A stretch of DNA of 64,000 bases from Hypanus sabinus (Eukaryota), in the NCBI RefSeq assembly GCF_030144855.1, contig NC_082731.1:31992001-32056000 (forward strand), written 5' to 3'. Positions 48,570 through 60,949 of the stretch are shown here, piece after piece (the first letter of the stretch is position 1; the number at the start of each line of letters is the position of its first letter). Both the position numbers and the translations under genes were made by a program. Under the pieces are notes generated by a model. The model made no database searches, was not told the origin of the DNA, and saw only the letters and a list, made by a program, of their open reading frames with translations.

Positions 48570-49115
48570 CCATTCAATTATGGCTGCTCCTTTTTTTAAA
48601 TCTCCTCCTCAACCCCAGTTTTCCCAGCCTTCTCCCTGTAACCTTTGTTGCCATGTCCAATCAAGAACCTATGAACCTCTGTCTTAAGTACACCCAACGA
48701 CCTGGCCTCCACAGACGCACGTGGCAACAAATTCCACAAATTTAGCACTCTTCGGCTAAATAAGTTGCTCCGCATCTCTGTTTTGAAAAGGTACCCCTCT
48801 ATCCTGAGGCTGTGCCCCACCATGGGAAACATCCTTTCCATATCTACTCTGTCTGGGCCTTTCAACATTCAAAAGCTTTCAATGAGATCCCCCCCCATCC
48901 TTCTGAATTTCAGCAAGTACAGACCCAGAGCCATTAAATATTCCTCGTATGATAACCCCTTCATTCCTGGAATCATCCTTGTGAACCTCCTCTGGACCCT
49001 CTCCAATGCTAGAACATCTTTTCTAAGATGAGGGGCCCAAAACTGTTCACAATATTCAAGGTGAAGCCTCACCAGTGCCTTATAAAGTCTCAGCATCACA
49101 TCTCTGCTTTTGTAT
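48570..49115 (-). mobile_element. CR1 LINE 3' fragment
   Basis: MLRLYKALVRLHLEYCEQFWAPHLRKDVLALERVQRRFTRMIPG. Confidence 0.88.
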
Positions 49116-49649
49116 TCTCATCATCCATTGTCCTTCAATAAAACGGATGTCAACCATATGTACTTTGATAAAAAAAAATTACTTTGAATTTTGAAGTTTC
49201 AATGTGTTCTTTCTTGTGAAAATGTGGGTCACTTGTGTTTAGCTTCATGTTCTTCTGAACGTTGTGTGCCTGGTGCACTGTGCCTGTGAGGTTCAGAGTG
49301 TGCCTGTGGCTGTAGGTTTTTCATTCCAACGGTGCACAGAAAGTCACAGAAAACTACAGCACAGAAACAGGCCCTTCAGCCCACCTGGTCCATGCCCGGT
49401 CCCACCGACCTGCACCCATACAGTTCATCTGACAATAAACTTGACCTTGACCTCAGAATCCATCTCGGATTCAGATTTGTTTATTTATCACATGCGGATT
49501 GAAACAGAGTGAAACTTTTGAAGCTAACAACCAACACGTCCATGGATGTGCTGCAGCAGACATGCAAATTGACACACATTCAGGTGGCATCAACATTCAG
49601 CACAACGGCACCAAAACCAAATGCAGCAACTACAGAACTTACCTTTCCC

Positions 49650-50095
49650 AAGCCCCTCCCCACTGCTCACCCATCCCCTCATATACAGACAGGCCCCCCC
49701 CACCCCTCATATACAGACAGGACCCCCTCCCTACCGCTCACCCATCCCCTCATATACAGACAGGCCCCCCTCCCTACTGCTCATCCATCCCCTCATATAC
49801 AGACAGGCCCCCTCCCCACCGCTCACCCATCCCCTCATATACAGACAGGCCCCCCCCACCCCTCATATACAGACAGGCCCCCCCCACCCCTCATATACAG
49901 ACAGGCCCCCCCCCACCCCTCATCCATCCCCTCATATACAGACAGGCCCCCCTCCACCGCTCACCCATCCCCTCATACACAGACAGGCCCCCCTCCACCG
50001 CTCACCCATCCCCTCATACACAGACAGGCCCCCTCCCCACCGCTCACCCATCCCCTCGTATACAGATAGGCCCCTCCCCACCGCTCACCCATCCC
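49650..50095. repeat. 41-42 bp minisatellite, same unit as 1-2570 (~10 copies)
   Basis: Direct sequence identity of units. Confidence 0.93.
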
Positions 50096-50392
50096 CTCCA
50101 ACCCCAGGACGGGACAGGCCACCTCCAGCCATTCAGCCCAGTGTTACTGCATTCTTTCCGGGTCGGGAGGTCGGATCCATGCCCAGTGCTCTGGGTGAGG
50201 TCTCACCCATTCCCGTTCACCTGGAACACAATCTCCCCTTTGCGATGCTCCACCCTCCTCGGAGGCTGACTGACCTGCTGACCATTCCCTCCCCCACGTA
50301 CGGGTGCTTCCTGGGCCTGTCTTGGGAGCTCTTCCCTCCACCTGCCCACAGGGCTCCCTCCACCCCACCTCCCACGGGGGGGCCCTGCTCAC

Positions 50393-50458
50393 CTCAGCCA
50401 CAGTGACATCGCAGTCCAGCCCACGGTTGAAGCCCTGAGGGTTTCCCTTCACCCCCAC
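50393..50458 (-). pseudogene. METTL3: METTL3 exon 9
   Basis: 66 nt, ttccag/gtgagc. VGVKGNPQGFNRGLDCDVTVAE. Confidence 0.93.
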
Positions 50459-50689
50459 CTGGAAGGAGGGAACAGAAGACAGGGTTAGAGTGGTGGAGGT
50501 GGGAGTAATGGGGAGAGAGGAAGGAGGGGAGAGGGGAGAAGGGCAGAGGGGAAGGGGAGAGAGATAAAGGAGAGGGAGGGGGAGGGAAAGGAGGACAAAA
50601 AGGAGGGACATTGAAGGAGGGAAGGGGTTGGGAGGGGAGGGGAGGGGTGAGAGGAAGGAGGGTACACACCAGACAGTGCTCCATGGCGT

Positions 50690-51380
50690 TATGAGGAGAG
50701 GGTAAGGGGAGGGGGTTATAAAGAGAGAGTGAGGGGAGGGGGTTATGAGGAGAGGGTGAAGGGAGGGGTTTATGAGAGGGTGAGGGGAGGGGTTATGGGG
50801 AGTGGGTGAGGGGAGGGGGTTATGAGGAGAGGGTGAGGGGAGGTGGTTATGGGGAGAAGGTGAGGGGAGGGGTTATGGGGAGAAGATGAGGGGAGGGGTT
50901 TATGGGGAGAAGGAGAGGGGATGGGGTTATGAGGAGAGGGTGAGGGAAGGGGTTTATGAGGAGAGGGTGAGGGGAGGGGTTTATGAGGACAGGGTGAGGG
51001 GAGGGGTTATGGGGAGAAGATGAGGGGAGGGGTTTATGGGGAGAAGGAGAGGGGATGGGGTTATGAGGAGAGGGTGAGGGAAGGGGTTTATGAGGACAGG
51101 GTGAGGGGAGGGGTTATGGGGAGAAGATGAGGGGAGGGGTTTATGGGGAGAAGGAGAGGGGATGGGGTTATGAGGAGAGGGTGAGGGGAGGGGTTATGGG
51201 GAGAGGGTGAGGGGAGGGATGGGGAGAAGATGAGGGGAGGGGTTTATGGGGAGAGGGTGAGGGAAGGGGTTAATGAGGAGAGGGTGAGGGGAGGTGGTTA
51301 TGGGGAGGTGAGGGGAGGGGGTTGTGGGGAGAAGGTGAGGGGAGGGGGTTAAGAGGAGAGGGTGAGGGGAGGTGTGGGGT
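50690..51380. repeat. Purine-rich ~26 bp tandem repeat in the METTL3 exon 8-9 intron
   Basis: Units of the form ggttatgaggagagggtgaggggagg. Confidence 0.92.
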
Positions 51381-51391
51381 GGGGGTCTCAC

Positions 51392-51500
51392 CAGGCAGTG
51401 CTCCTTGCCGTGGTTTAGCCAATGGCCAGTCCGTCCGGTCCGGATGATCCGCTGCAGTTGATTGGTCTTCACCCAGATGATCTCATCCACTCTCTCTTAG
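51392..51500 (-). pseudogene. METTL3: METTL3 exon 8 with premature TAA
   Basis: 109 nt. (G)[35 protein letters not shown]. The acceptor reads gag rather than the cag of the other copy. Confidence 0.93.
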
Positions 51501-53583
51501 CTCATTGGTGGAGAAAAGATGGAGGGAGGTGACAGGAAGTGGGTGACAGAGGGGGAGGGGGAGAAGGAATCAGGGAAGAGAAGAGGTGGATGTTACTGAC
51601 TACTAAGGTGGGGGGAATGGGTCAGTGGGGCAGGTGTGAGGGGAGGGGGCGAGGGTGGGAAGAGGGGCGCAGGGGAGGGAGGGGAAGGGGAGAGTGGGAG
51701 GGGGGAGTGGGAGGGGAAGGGGTGAGTGGGAAGGGGGGAGTGCAAAGGGGAGGGAATTTGAGGGTAAGAGCAAGGGGGATTAAGGGGAGGGGATGGTAGG
51801 GAGAGTGAGAGGGAGGGAGAGGGAGAGGGAGGGGGAAAGTGAGGGGGAGGGAGAGGAAACAACTCCAGAGAAAACAACTCAAGTTTGTTGACCTCTCCAT
51901 GTAGCTCCTGCCCTCTACACCAGGCAGCCTCTTCTGGATTCTCTCCAAAGCCTCCACACCCTTCCTGTAATGGGGTGACCGGCAATGAGCATAAGACTCC
52001 GGATATGGCCTGACCAGAACTTTGTAAACCTTCAACATGAACTTCCCAGCTCCGTCCCTTAGCTGATAAAGACCTTCTTTACCACCTTATCCACCAGAGC
52101 AGCCACTTTCAGGGACCTGTGGACCAACACCCCAAGATCCCTCTGCTAACTCCAGGGTCCACGTACAATGTACAGAACATGGAACAGGCCATTCAGCCCA
52201 CAATGTTGTGCCAAACCAGCTAAGAGGCAAATCAAACACACCCAAACACTAATCCCTCCCACCTTCTCCATGTCCATATCCCTCCATTTCCTTACATCCA
52301 GGTGCCTATCTGAGTATCTCTAAAAAGCCTCTAATGTATTTGCCTCCACCACCACACCAGGCAGCACATTCCAGGCATCCACCACTCTCTGAGTAATCAA
52401 CTTACCCTCACATCCCCCCTCTCACCTTCAATGCATGCACTCTGGTATTTGACAATTCTACCCTGGGCAACACTCTGTCCAATCTATCTATGCTTCTCAT
52501 AACCTCTTTCAGATCCCCTGACGCTCTAGAGAAAACAACCCAAGTTTGTCCAGCCTCTCGTGATAGCACATGCCCTCTAAACCAGGCAGCATCCTGGTAA
52601 ACCTCCCTTTCACCCTCTCCAAAGACTCAACATCCTTCCTATAGTGTCCCTTTACACTCGACTTCCCAAAGTGCAACACCTCATACTTGCCTGGATTAAA
52701 CACCATCTGCCATTTCTCTGCCCATATTTGCAAATATCTGCTCTCTCCTTTGGCAAATGTCTGTGCTATCCACAACATCACTGATATATGTTTCATCTGA
52801 AAAGTTACAAACCCACCCACCCACCCACATTTTCATGCGGGTCCTTTATATTTTTTGCAAACAGTAGAGGTCCCATTAGTCACAGACATCCAGTTAGAAT
52901 AAGTCCCACTGACCACTATCCTCTGCCTCAGCGGGCAAGCCAGTTCTGAATCCAATCAGCCAATTTACCTTGTACCTTAAATCTTCTCCCATGAAAGACT
53001 TTGTCAAACACCTTTCTAAAATTCACCTGGTCAAAATCCACAGCTCGAACTTCATCAATCACCTTCAACAGCTTATCGAAATACTCTGCCCGCAAGACGT
53101 GACAAAGTCCCGCTGACTGTCCCTAATCACACCGGGTTCAAATTGAGATCAGAGAATGTAGACAGTATACAACCTGAAATTCTTACTCTTCACATACAAC
53201 CTCGAAACAGGAAAAAACACCCCCAAAGAATGAATGAAGAGTGCCAAAGCCCCCCATCTCCCCCACGCACTAGCAAAAGCATCAACCCTTGTCCCTACTT
53301 GCTCTAGCACCCACTACCCACCATGTAAGCAACAGCAAAGCCCCCAAAGAGAGGCCATGATCTAGAACCCATTAAAAACTAACTGACCATCCCAACACGT
53401 TGACATGGTGTCGCAATTGCTCAGCGATCTTCTCCTGAACAATTCTCTCCAGGAACTTACCTACCAGTGATGTGAGACCATTGGTCATCGGTTTCCAGTA
53501 TTATCCCCATTTCCCTTCTAGAATAAAGCAATATTAGCAACAGCCGGGCTGCCCCCCCCGGCTCCTTGCCCCCTGGTGCCTAC

Positions 53584-53774
53584 CTGCCAGTGACTCAGAG
53601 GAAGAGGAAGCCATCATCTTGGAGCACAGGAATGTTGAGCCTCCTCATCTTGTCGTCGGTGAGGGTGCCGTACGGCAGCTCCATGTGGATGTCCCGGGGG
53701 GGGGGGTCGGCCATCACCACGGCAAACTTCCCCAGGATGCTGACGTCCAGGAACTGGATGTCACAGCAGATCCA
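53584..53774 (-). pseudogene. METTL3: METTL3 exon 6 (catalytic exon), disabled
   Basis: 191 nt. WICCDIQFLDVSILGKFAVVMADPPPRDIHMELPYGTLTDDKMRRLNIPVLQDDGFLFL*VTG(R). Confidence 0.94.
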
Positions 53775-56700
53775 CTGCGAGGGGAGGGAAAGGGGAGAGG
53801 GGTTATGGGGGGAAGAGGAGGGCGCGAGAGACGGGGAGGGAGGGGGCGTGAGAGATTGTTACTGTCCGTTCGCACTCTCCCAGCACATGCATCCCTTGTC
53901 ACACTCACTCACAAAGACACATACACACCTCGTGTCACGGAACAGTATGGCACAGTACAGGTCCTTTAGCCCACAGCAATGAACCAACTCCAAGATCAAT
54001 TTAACCCTTTCCTCCCACGTGGCCCTCTATCACCCATATCCCTGTCTAAGAATATCTGAAATGTCCCTAATGTATCTGCCTCTACCGCCAACGCTGGTAG
54101 AGCGTTCCCCAGAGGCTCCCATTCTCTGCATAATAAACCTACTCTGACTTCCCTCTGTAACTTCCTCCAATCACGCCCTCTTGTACTAGCCATTTCCACT
54201 CAGTTGGCTGTCCACTCTGTTGCTTAACATCAGTCATCTCCCATTCTCCTTCAGTCCAAAGAGAAAAGCCCTGCCTCGTTCCACCTTTCCTCATAAAACA
54301 GGCTCTTTAGTTCCATATCCTTCCTATAATGGGGTGACTGGAACTGAACGCAGTGCTCCGAGTATGTATCTTTTCACATAGTTTTCGAGATTAAATCGCA
54401 TCTGCCGCTTCCCAGCCCAGTTCTGCATCCTATCAATGTCCCCTTGTAACCTGTGGCAACCTTCTACACTATCCACACCACCACCAACTTCTCAAATCTA
54501 ATCCATGTTTCATTATCAGGAACACAGCCAAACAAAACAGCATTCCTCTGGGGCTGAGGTGCAGAAAGTGTACAGCAGAGGGCACACAGTACATTCAAGA
54601 TAGTGAACACACACACTGTCACAGAAAAAATACAAAGCCAAGTTCCTGAGTGACATGGTTCAGCACAGCCAAGAAGGGCCAAAAGGCCTGTTTCTGTGCT
54701 GCAATGTTCGATGGTTCGTTGCCCCTCAAATTAATGGTGCAGTTCACCTGCATGCAATCCAGCCTGTCATTCCACGGATTGAACACTGGAGGGCAGCAGC
54801 CAACTGAGCACGGAAACCACGCTACACCACCTCCAGCGCCTCCTCCCATGGTCTGCAGCAGCAGGCAAGCCCGCATATTGAGGCCTTGTCCTCACTACAT
54901 CCGGTGCCACACAGCTCCCCCGCCATCTGTCGCGCCACCAAACAACGGACACAGGCCTGCGGCATTCTACATCATCTGTGTCCAACAGGGTTTTGCATTT
55001 GCAAGAGAAATGTCAAAGACAGTTACACTTGGATACCTTCCTGTAGCAGGCACCGAGTCCAGCTCCTCGGCCAGCGAGCAGCTCACTGATGCGGTGGACC
55101 TGCAGTACCTAAGTTCCTAAAGTTCAGCATTGTCTTGCGATCATAAAATAGACAATTAAAAAAACACCTTTGGATGGCCCGAGAGCCCTCTGTGTCCGAA
55201 TGTGCTGCCGTCTCAGCGGAAGCTTGTATCAGCCGCAAACTTAACAACCCATCTTTCCGGTTCTTCATCCAAGTCATTTACAAAAATCACAAAGAACAGG
55301 GGTCCGAGAACAGATTGCCGAGGAACACCATCGTTCACCAACCTCCAGGCAGAACGTCTGCCATCCACTACCACCTTTTGCGTTCCGCGCGCAAGCCGAT
55401 ATTGAACCCCTGCAGCCCAGGTACTCTGGGTCCTGTGCCTCCTGAATTTCTAGGTGAGTCCCCCCATGGTGAACTCCTTCCCAAAGCTCATGGTCACCAT
55501 ATCCATCACTCTAACTTCAATCTGACTGGTCAGTTTTATCCAAAGTGTCCTTCAGGCTCGTGAGACATTACCTGCCCCTCACAAAGCCACGTTGATTATC
55601 TCTAATCAGACTATTCTTCTCCGAATCCTCGAAAATCCCGTCTCTAAAAATTCCCTCCAATAGCTTGTCCAGCTCTACTACTATGTCGACTCAAGCCTGG
55701 GGACCGGCGTCAGGGAAATAAGGCATAAAGCATGCCCAGCTCACTGGTCTGTAACTCCCAGGATTATCCCTATTCCCCTTCTTGAACATAGGAATAACAT
55801 TTGCCTGCCTCCAATCTTCCTGTACTACTCCAGTGGCCGGTGAGGACCCAAAGATGGTCACCAGAGGTGATGGTCAGGTGTGTGTCTCATACACGCAGCG
55901 CTTGTCTCACACGGGTACCCCATGTCACAAACACATACCCCCACCCCCGGATTTCACACCCACACACACTCCCCATGTCCCATGCTCACACAATGAATCA
56001 CTCACACACCATCTCTCAACACACAAACACACTCTCTCCCCAGTTCCACACACAGACAGACACGCACTCACACACACTGTAAATTACAGGAGTAGAATTA
56101 GACCATTTGGTCCATCCAGTCTGCTCCACCATTTCATCATGGCTGATCCATTTCCCTCTCAGTTCCAATCTCCTGCCTTCTCCCCGTATCCCTCCATGCC
56201 CTGATCAATCAAGAATCTATCAATCTCTGCCTTAAGTATTCGTAAAGACTTGGCCTCCACAGCTGCCTGTGGCAACGAATTCCAGATTCACCATTCACTG
56301 GCTAAAGAAATTCCGCCTCGTCTCCGTTCTAAAAGGATGCCCCTCTATTCAGAGGCTGTGCCCTCTCGTCTTAGACTATCCCAACATAGGAATTATGTCA
56401 GCCACTCCGTTTGACCTGCAGCCTTGTCCAGCAAAAGGTTCAGGACACTAAAAGCCAGAACAAATAGACTGGGGAACAGCTTCTACCCCAGAGCTGTGGC
56501 CTCCATCACACCACTCCCACAGAACAATGACTGAAACTGTGAGCACACACAGGGACTCAAATGTTTGCACTAACGGCACTTTGTGCATTACTGTGATATT
56601 CCGGTGCTGCTGCAACTTATTTTCTGCTACTTACCTATTTAATACTGTTTTCCTATTACTGTCTTGTTTTTATCTACCGCTTTGTTTGATTGCCTGAGAG

Positions 56701-57699
56701 TTTCATTGTACCCATGTATATTGACAATAAAGATCATTCAATGCAATTCAATTATCCTCCCTAGATCTATCTGTCTCTCACACACACACACGACCCAGAA
56801 CAGATCCCTGCAGAATACCAGTGTCACTGATTTCCAGGCAGAATACGAACCATCTGTAATGCCCTGGTTCACATCTTTACTGTCACGCTGTAGGTATTTC
56901 ATTTAGCAGATCTGTAAGAGCAGGCTGTTCTGCTTTCCGCCTGTTTGGGTTACTGCTGAAGATAAGCAATGATGAAGAATGTGTGCCATTCAATTAGGAT
57001 GGTGGAACGGGGAGGGGGGAGGTATTTTTTGGCGAGGGACACTGAGGTTGGTCTTGGGGCTTTTGTTCGGTGGGCGATGAAGAGAGAAGACGGTCACAGG
57101 ATACGACCCATGTGTTCGAGATGGATTGCGAGCGATGTTCGGAAGGTGGTGTGGGCATTCACGTTGACCGAGGGCCCAGTGCGTGATTGACAGAGAAGTT
57201 CAAGATGAGATCCAGCTTGTGCACATTTGACTGTTTAACTATAATGGGCCGTTTTCTTTGCTAACCCTTAAGCTGAGATTCATAAATATAATTCTTTTAA
57301 TGATATGCAGTGTGCGGTTATTTTCTGGCACTGAACTGTAACGGGAGAGGGAATTACACAGCATCCACACAAACCGGGGTTTGAGGTGGGAAAGCCGTCT
57401 CCGTCTCACGGATTTGGTGGGACCGGAGAGCGTCTTCCCGAGACTTACGCATCTCGTGCCAGCCTCTGCCTTCGAGAGGCAAACCAACACAGCCAAATTT
57501 CCCTGGATCCCAAGTGTCCTGACTCTGAATTAGCCTACCATGGGGAAGCTTGCTGCACATTTCACTAAAATCTACACACACATCCCGTGCCCAACCTTAT
57601 TCAACTTGTTTTGTCTTACACACACACACACACACACACACCCCTCCCCCCCATCCTACCACACAACAAACCCCCCCCCCCCCCCGGAACTTGGCACAC

Positions 57700-57913
57700 C
57701 TGTGGGGGGAAGAGCTTGCCCAGGCTGGGGTCAGTGCCCACACCGGGGGTGAGGGGCTTGTCAGAGCCCTGCCCGTCCAGGGGCAGAACTGGGCCGGTGT
57801 CCAGGCAGCTATCGATCTCGTAGTGCACCTACTTGCAGGTGTCCATGTGGAAGCAGGTGTTGAGGAAGGAGCAGTCGCCCAGAGACTCGTCCGTGTGCTT
57901 GTTGATGATGCGC
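57700..57913 (-). pseudogene. METTL3: METTL3 exon 5 (second CCCH zinc finger) with premature TAG
   Basis: 214 nt. RIINKHTDESLGDCSFLNTCFHMDTCK*VHYEID...LFPPQ. Confidence 0.94.
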
Positions 57914-57929
57914 CTGCGGAAGCGAGAGG

Positions 57930-58290
57930 TCAGGCCCGGAGGAGCGACAGGTACCCCCTGGAGAGAGGGATTCCCCGGGCCTGGAGAGGGATCTCCTGCC
58001 CAGAGAGAGAGTGATCCCCCAGCCCGGAGATGGATCTGCCCAGCGAGAGGGAGCCTACAGCCAGGGATAGGATCCCCTGCCCAGAGAGAGGATTCCCTGC
58101 CCAGAGAGAGTGGGATCCCCCGGCCCGGAGAGGGATCTGCCCAGAGAGAGAGAGAGGGATCCCCCGGCCTGGAAAGGGATCTCCTGCCCAGAGAGAGGAT
58201 CCCCTGCCCAGAGAGAGAGGGATCCCCTGGCCTGGAGAGGGATTTCCTGCCCTAAGAGAGAGGGAGTCTACAGTCAGGAGAAGGATCCCC
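57930..58290. repeat. Degenerate ~33 bp tandem repeat (gggatcccccggcctggagagggatctcctgcccagagagag)
   Basis: Visible repeated units in METTL3 intron 4. Confidence 0.8.
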
Positions 58291-59170
58291 CAGCCCTGAG
58301 AGAGAAATCTCTTGCTCCGGAGTGAACTGCCAAACTGAAGCAAAGAAACCCCCCCACAGAAAAGAGATACCCCATCCAGAGAGGGGGACCCCACCTGGAC
58401 AGACAGTTGAAACAAAGGATACCCCATCCGACAATGCGATTCCCTGGAGAAAAGGAGCCACCACCTGGGAGATCCCCTCACAAGCGGAGAATCCAACTGG
58501 AATGAGGGAAGGATCCCCACCAAAAGGGCTCCTCTACGGCAGTGAGGGATCATCAACCTCAAGGGATCACCCAACAGGAAGAGATCCAACCGAGTACATT
58601 ATCACACACCCCCCACCAAGAGAAAGATCATTTACCCCAATCTAAACATGCCGATCGAGGGATCTCCCCACACCCAGTGAGAGGGATCCCCAATCCAACT
58701 AAGGGAACTAGCCAAAGCGAGGGATCTCAACCAGAGTGTGAAGGATCTCCAAATGGTTCAGATCCCTCCCCGACAGGAAGAACCAGGGGTGAAAGAAACC
58801 CTAACACAAAAGGTTCTGGACATTTTCCCCCCACCTCGGCCTCTCCCCCAGCCCTACTTCCCACCCACCCACCTGAAGTGAACCTTGTGGCAGGGCTGTT
58901 CCAGGATCAGGGCTCTCAGAAACATCGCATACTTCAATCACAATCCCACAATCCTCCTGTTCCCCTTGTCCTGCCCCTCCCACCCTCTGCCCTCTCTTCC
59001 TTCAGCCCTTCATGATGTCACCCCACCCCCCACGTCCGCAACTGAAGTGAACTTTGAGGCAGGACCCCTCCAATAGGCCCTGGGCCCTGGTATACACTTC
59101 ACCTCTCTCCCACACCCCCCACGACCCCTCTCCATCATGTCCCTGCCACCACCCTCCTCACTGCCCCCAC

Positions 59171-59346
59171 CTGAAGTGGAGTTTGCGGCAGGGCCGCTCC
59201 AGGTCCTGGGCCCTCATACACTCGAGCTTGGTGCCGTGGTCACAGAACTCCTGCACCTGGGCGCGGCCGCGCGACCGAAACTTCTCCACCATCGACTGCT
59301 CCTTCGCCGTGCTGGTGTTCAGCAGCTCCAGGATCTCCTGGCTCAT
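59171..59346 (-). pseudogene. METTL3: METTL3 exon 4 (first CCCH zinc finger)
   Basis: 176 nt. MSQEILELLNTSTAKEQSMVEKFRSRGRAQVQEFCDHGTKLECMRAQDLERPCRKLHF(R); open. Confidence 0.94.
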
Positions 59347-59665
59347 CTGGGGGAGAGGGAGAGTCACTGAGGGAGCTCCTCACGCTTGGCGGGGTGGAAG
59401 TGTCAGTGAGGGATCCCTCTTTTCTGCCCTCTGCAGCTACACTGCTCCTCCCACAGAGCTACATCCCTCCACCCCTCTACCTCCACCCCCATTTTTCTAC
59501 CCTACTCACCGCCCCCTGCTAAACTCTCACTTTCTCCCTTCCCGTACTACACCCACATCACATCACTCCCTCCCTCCCCCTAACCCTCTCCCCCCAGCTT
59601 GTTCCCCAATCCCTCTCACCCATCCTCTCCCTTCCCACCCTCCCAGCCCCCGGAACAAGCCGAAC

Positions 59666-60004
59666 CTTCTTGCTCTGCCTCTCCTTGGTGGACTGCTGGT
59701 TCAGCAGCCTCTCGATCTCCAGGTCCAGTTCGGAGGCCACCTTGCGGGACTTCTTGGCGGGCTCGGGCGGCTTCCTGTCAGGCGGAGGGGGCTGGACCCG
59801 CCTCTTCTGGCCCCCCTCGGCCTGCGGCGGGGGCGGCTCGCCATCCTGGGGCAGAAGCACCAGCATGGCTGAGAGCTTGGTGTGGTCGGCGAAGGTGACG
59901 GTGGTGGGCATGCCGTCCTGGGACAGGCCCCCTCGCACCTCAATCAGCTCCTGGGCCGCAAACTTCTGCAGGAGGCTCTCCACGTTCCCCTGGGTCACCG
60001 AGCA
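59666..60004 (-). pseudogene. METTL3: METTL3 exon 3 (includes the NLS-like AKKSRK)
   Basis: 339 nt. ...VESLLQKFAAQELIEV...FADHTKLSAM...EPAKKSRK...DLEIERLLNQQSTKERQSKK; open. Confidence 0.92.
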
Positions 60005-60344
60005 CTGGAGCTTGGGTGGAGGGCGGGTAAAGACAGGGATAGAGTCATAGAGAAGTACAGCACAGAAACAGGCCCTTCGGCCCATCTAACACATGCTGAA
60101 CCATTTAAACTGCCTCCTCTCACCGACCTGTACTGGGACCATCAGCCGTCATATCCCTACCAAACACCTCTAAAATGTTGAAAGCCAGCTCGTGCAGATG
60201 TACAGGCTGGTGGGTTTATTGGGCAAGACAAGCTGCACCCCGAGTCTGTGGCTGACAGGAAGCATCTGGGGAGAGCTGATGGGAACGTGGGGAAAGTGGA
60301 ATGCGACCGGTGTAACTGGGTCAGCATGGAGAGTGTGGGCCGAA

Positions 60345-60945
60345 CACCCCCGTGTGTGATGGGACGGTGTGGATGGAGATTCACTCTGTCTCTGACCCCG
60401 GGAGTGTGTGATGGGACAGTGTGGAGGGAGATTCACTCTGTGCCTGACCCCGGGAGTGTGTGATGGGACGGTGTGGAGGGAGTTTCACTCTGTGTCTGAC
60501 CCCGTGAGTGTGTGATGGGATGAGGGAGTTTCACCCTGAGTCTGACCCCGGGAGTGTGTGATGGGATGAGGGAGTTTCACCCTGTGTCTGACCCCGGGAG
60601 TGTGTGATGGGATGAGGGAGTTTAACTCTGTGTCTGACCCCGGGAGTGTGTGATGGGATGAGGGAGTTTCACCCTGTGTCTGACCTCGGGAGTGTGTGAT
60701 GGGATGAGGGAGTTTCATACTGTGTCTGACCCCGGGAGTGTGTGATGGGATGAGGGAGTTTCATACTGTGTCTGACTCCGGGAGTGTGTGATGGGCCGGT
60801 GTGGAGGGAGATTCACTGTGTCTGACCCCGGGAGTGTGTGATGGGACAGTGTGGAGGGAGTCTCACTCTGTGTCTGCCCTCGGTAGTGTGTGATGGGACG
60901 GTGTGGAGGGAGATTCATTCTGTGTCTGACCCCGGATACTGTGTC
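60345..60945. repeat. 52 bp minisatellite (with shorter variants), inverted relative to 45200-45680
   Basis: Units of the form gtgtgatgggacggtgtggagggagtttcactctgtgtctgaccccgggagt. Confidence 0.92.
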
Positions 60946-60949
60946 TGTC

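Noticed and set aside
50667-50687. Minus-strand GCCATGGAGCACTGTCTG (AMEHCL) as a remnant of METTL3 exon 7
   Set aside because: It is on the wrong side of exon 8, too short to be significant, and lacks splice context.
55036-55110. GC-rich exon-like segment (AG...GT bounded) in METTL3 intron 5
   Set aside because: No frame resembles METTL3 or any protein I recognise; it is embedded among degenerate LINE pieces.
59558-60085. Treating METTL3 ORFs 59558-60085 and 59158-59367 as a functional gene
   Set aside because: These exons are open, but downstream exons 5, 6 and 8 each contain an in-frame stop and the catalytic motif is lost.
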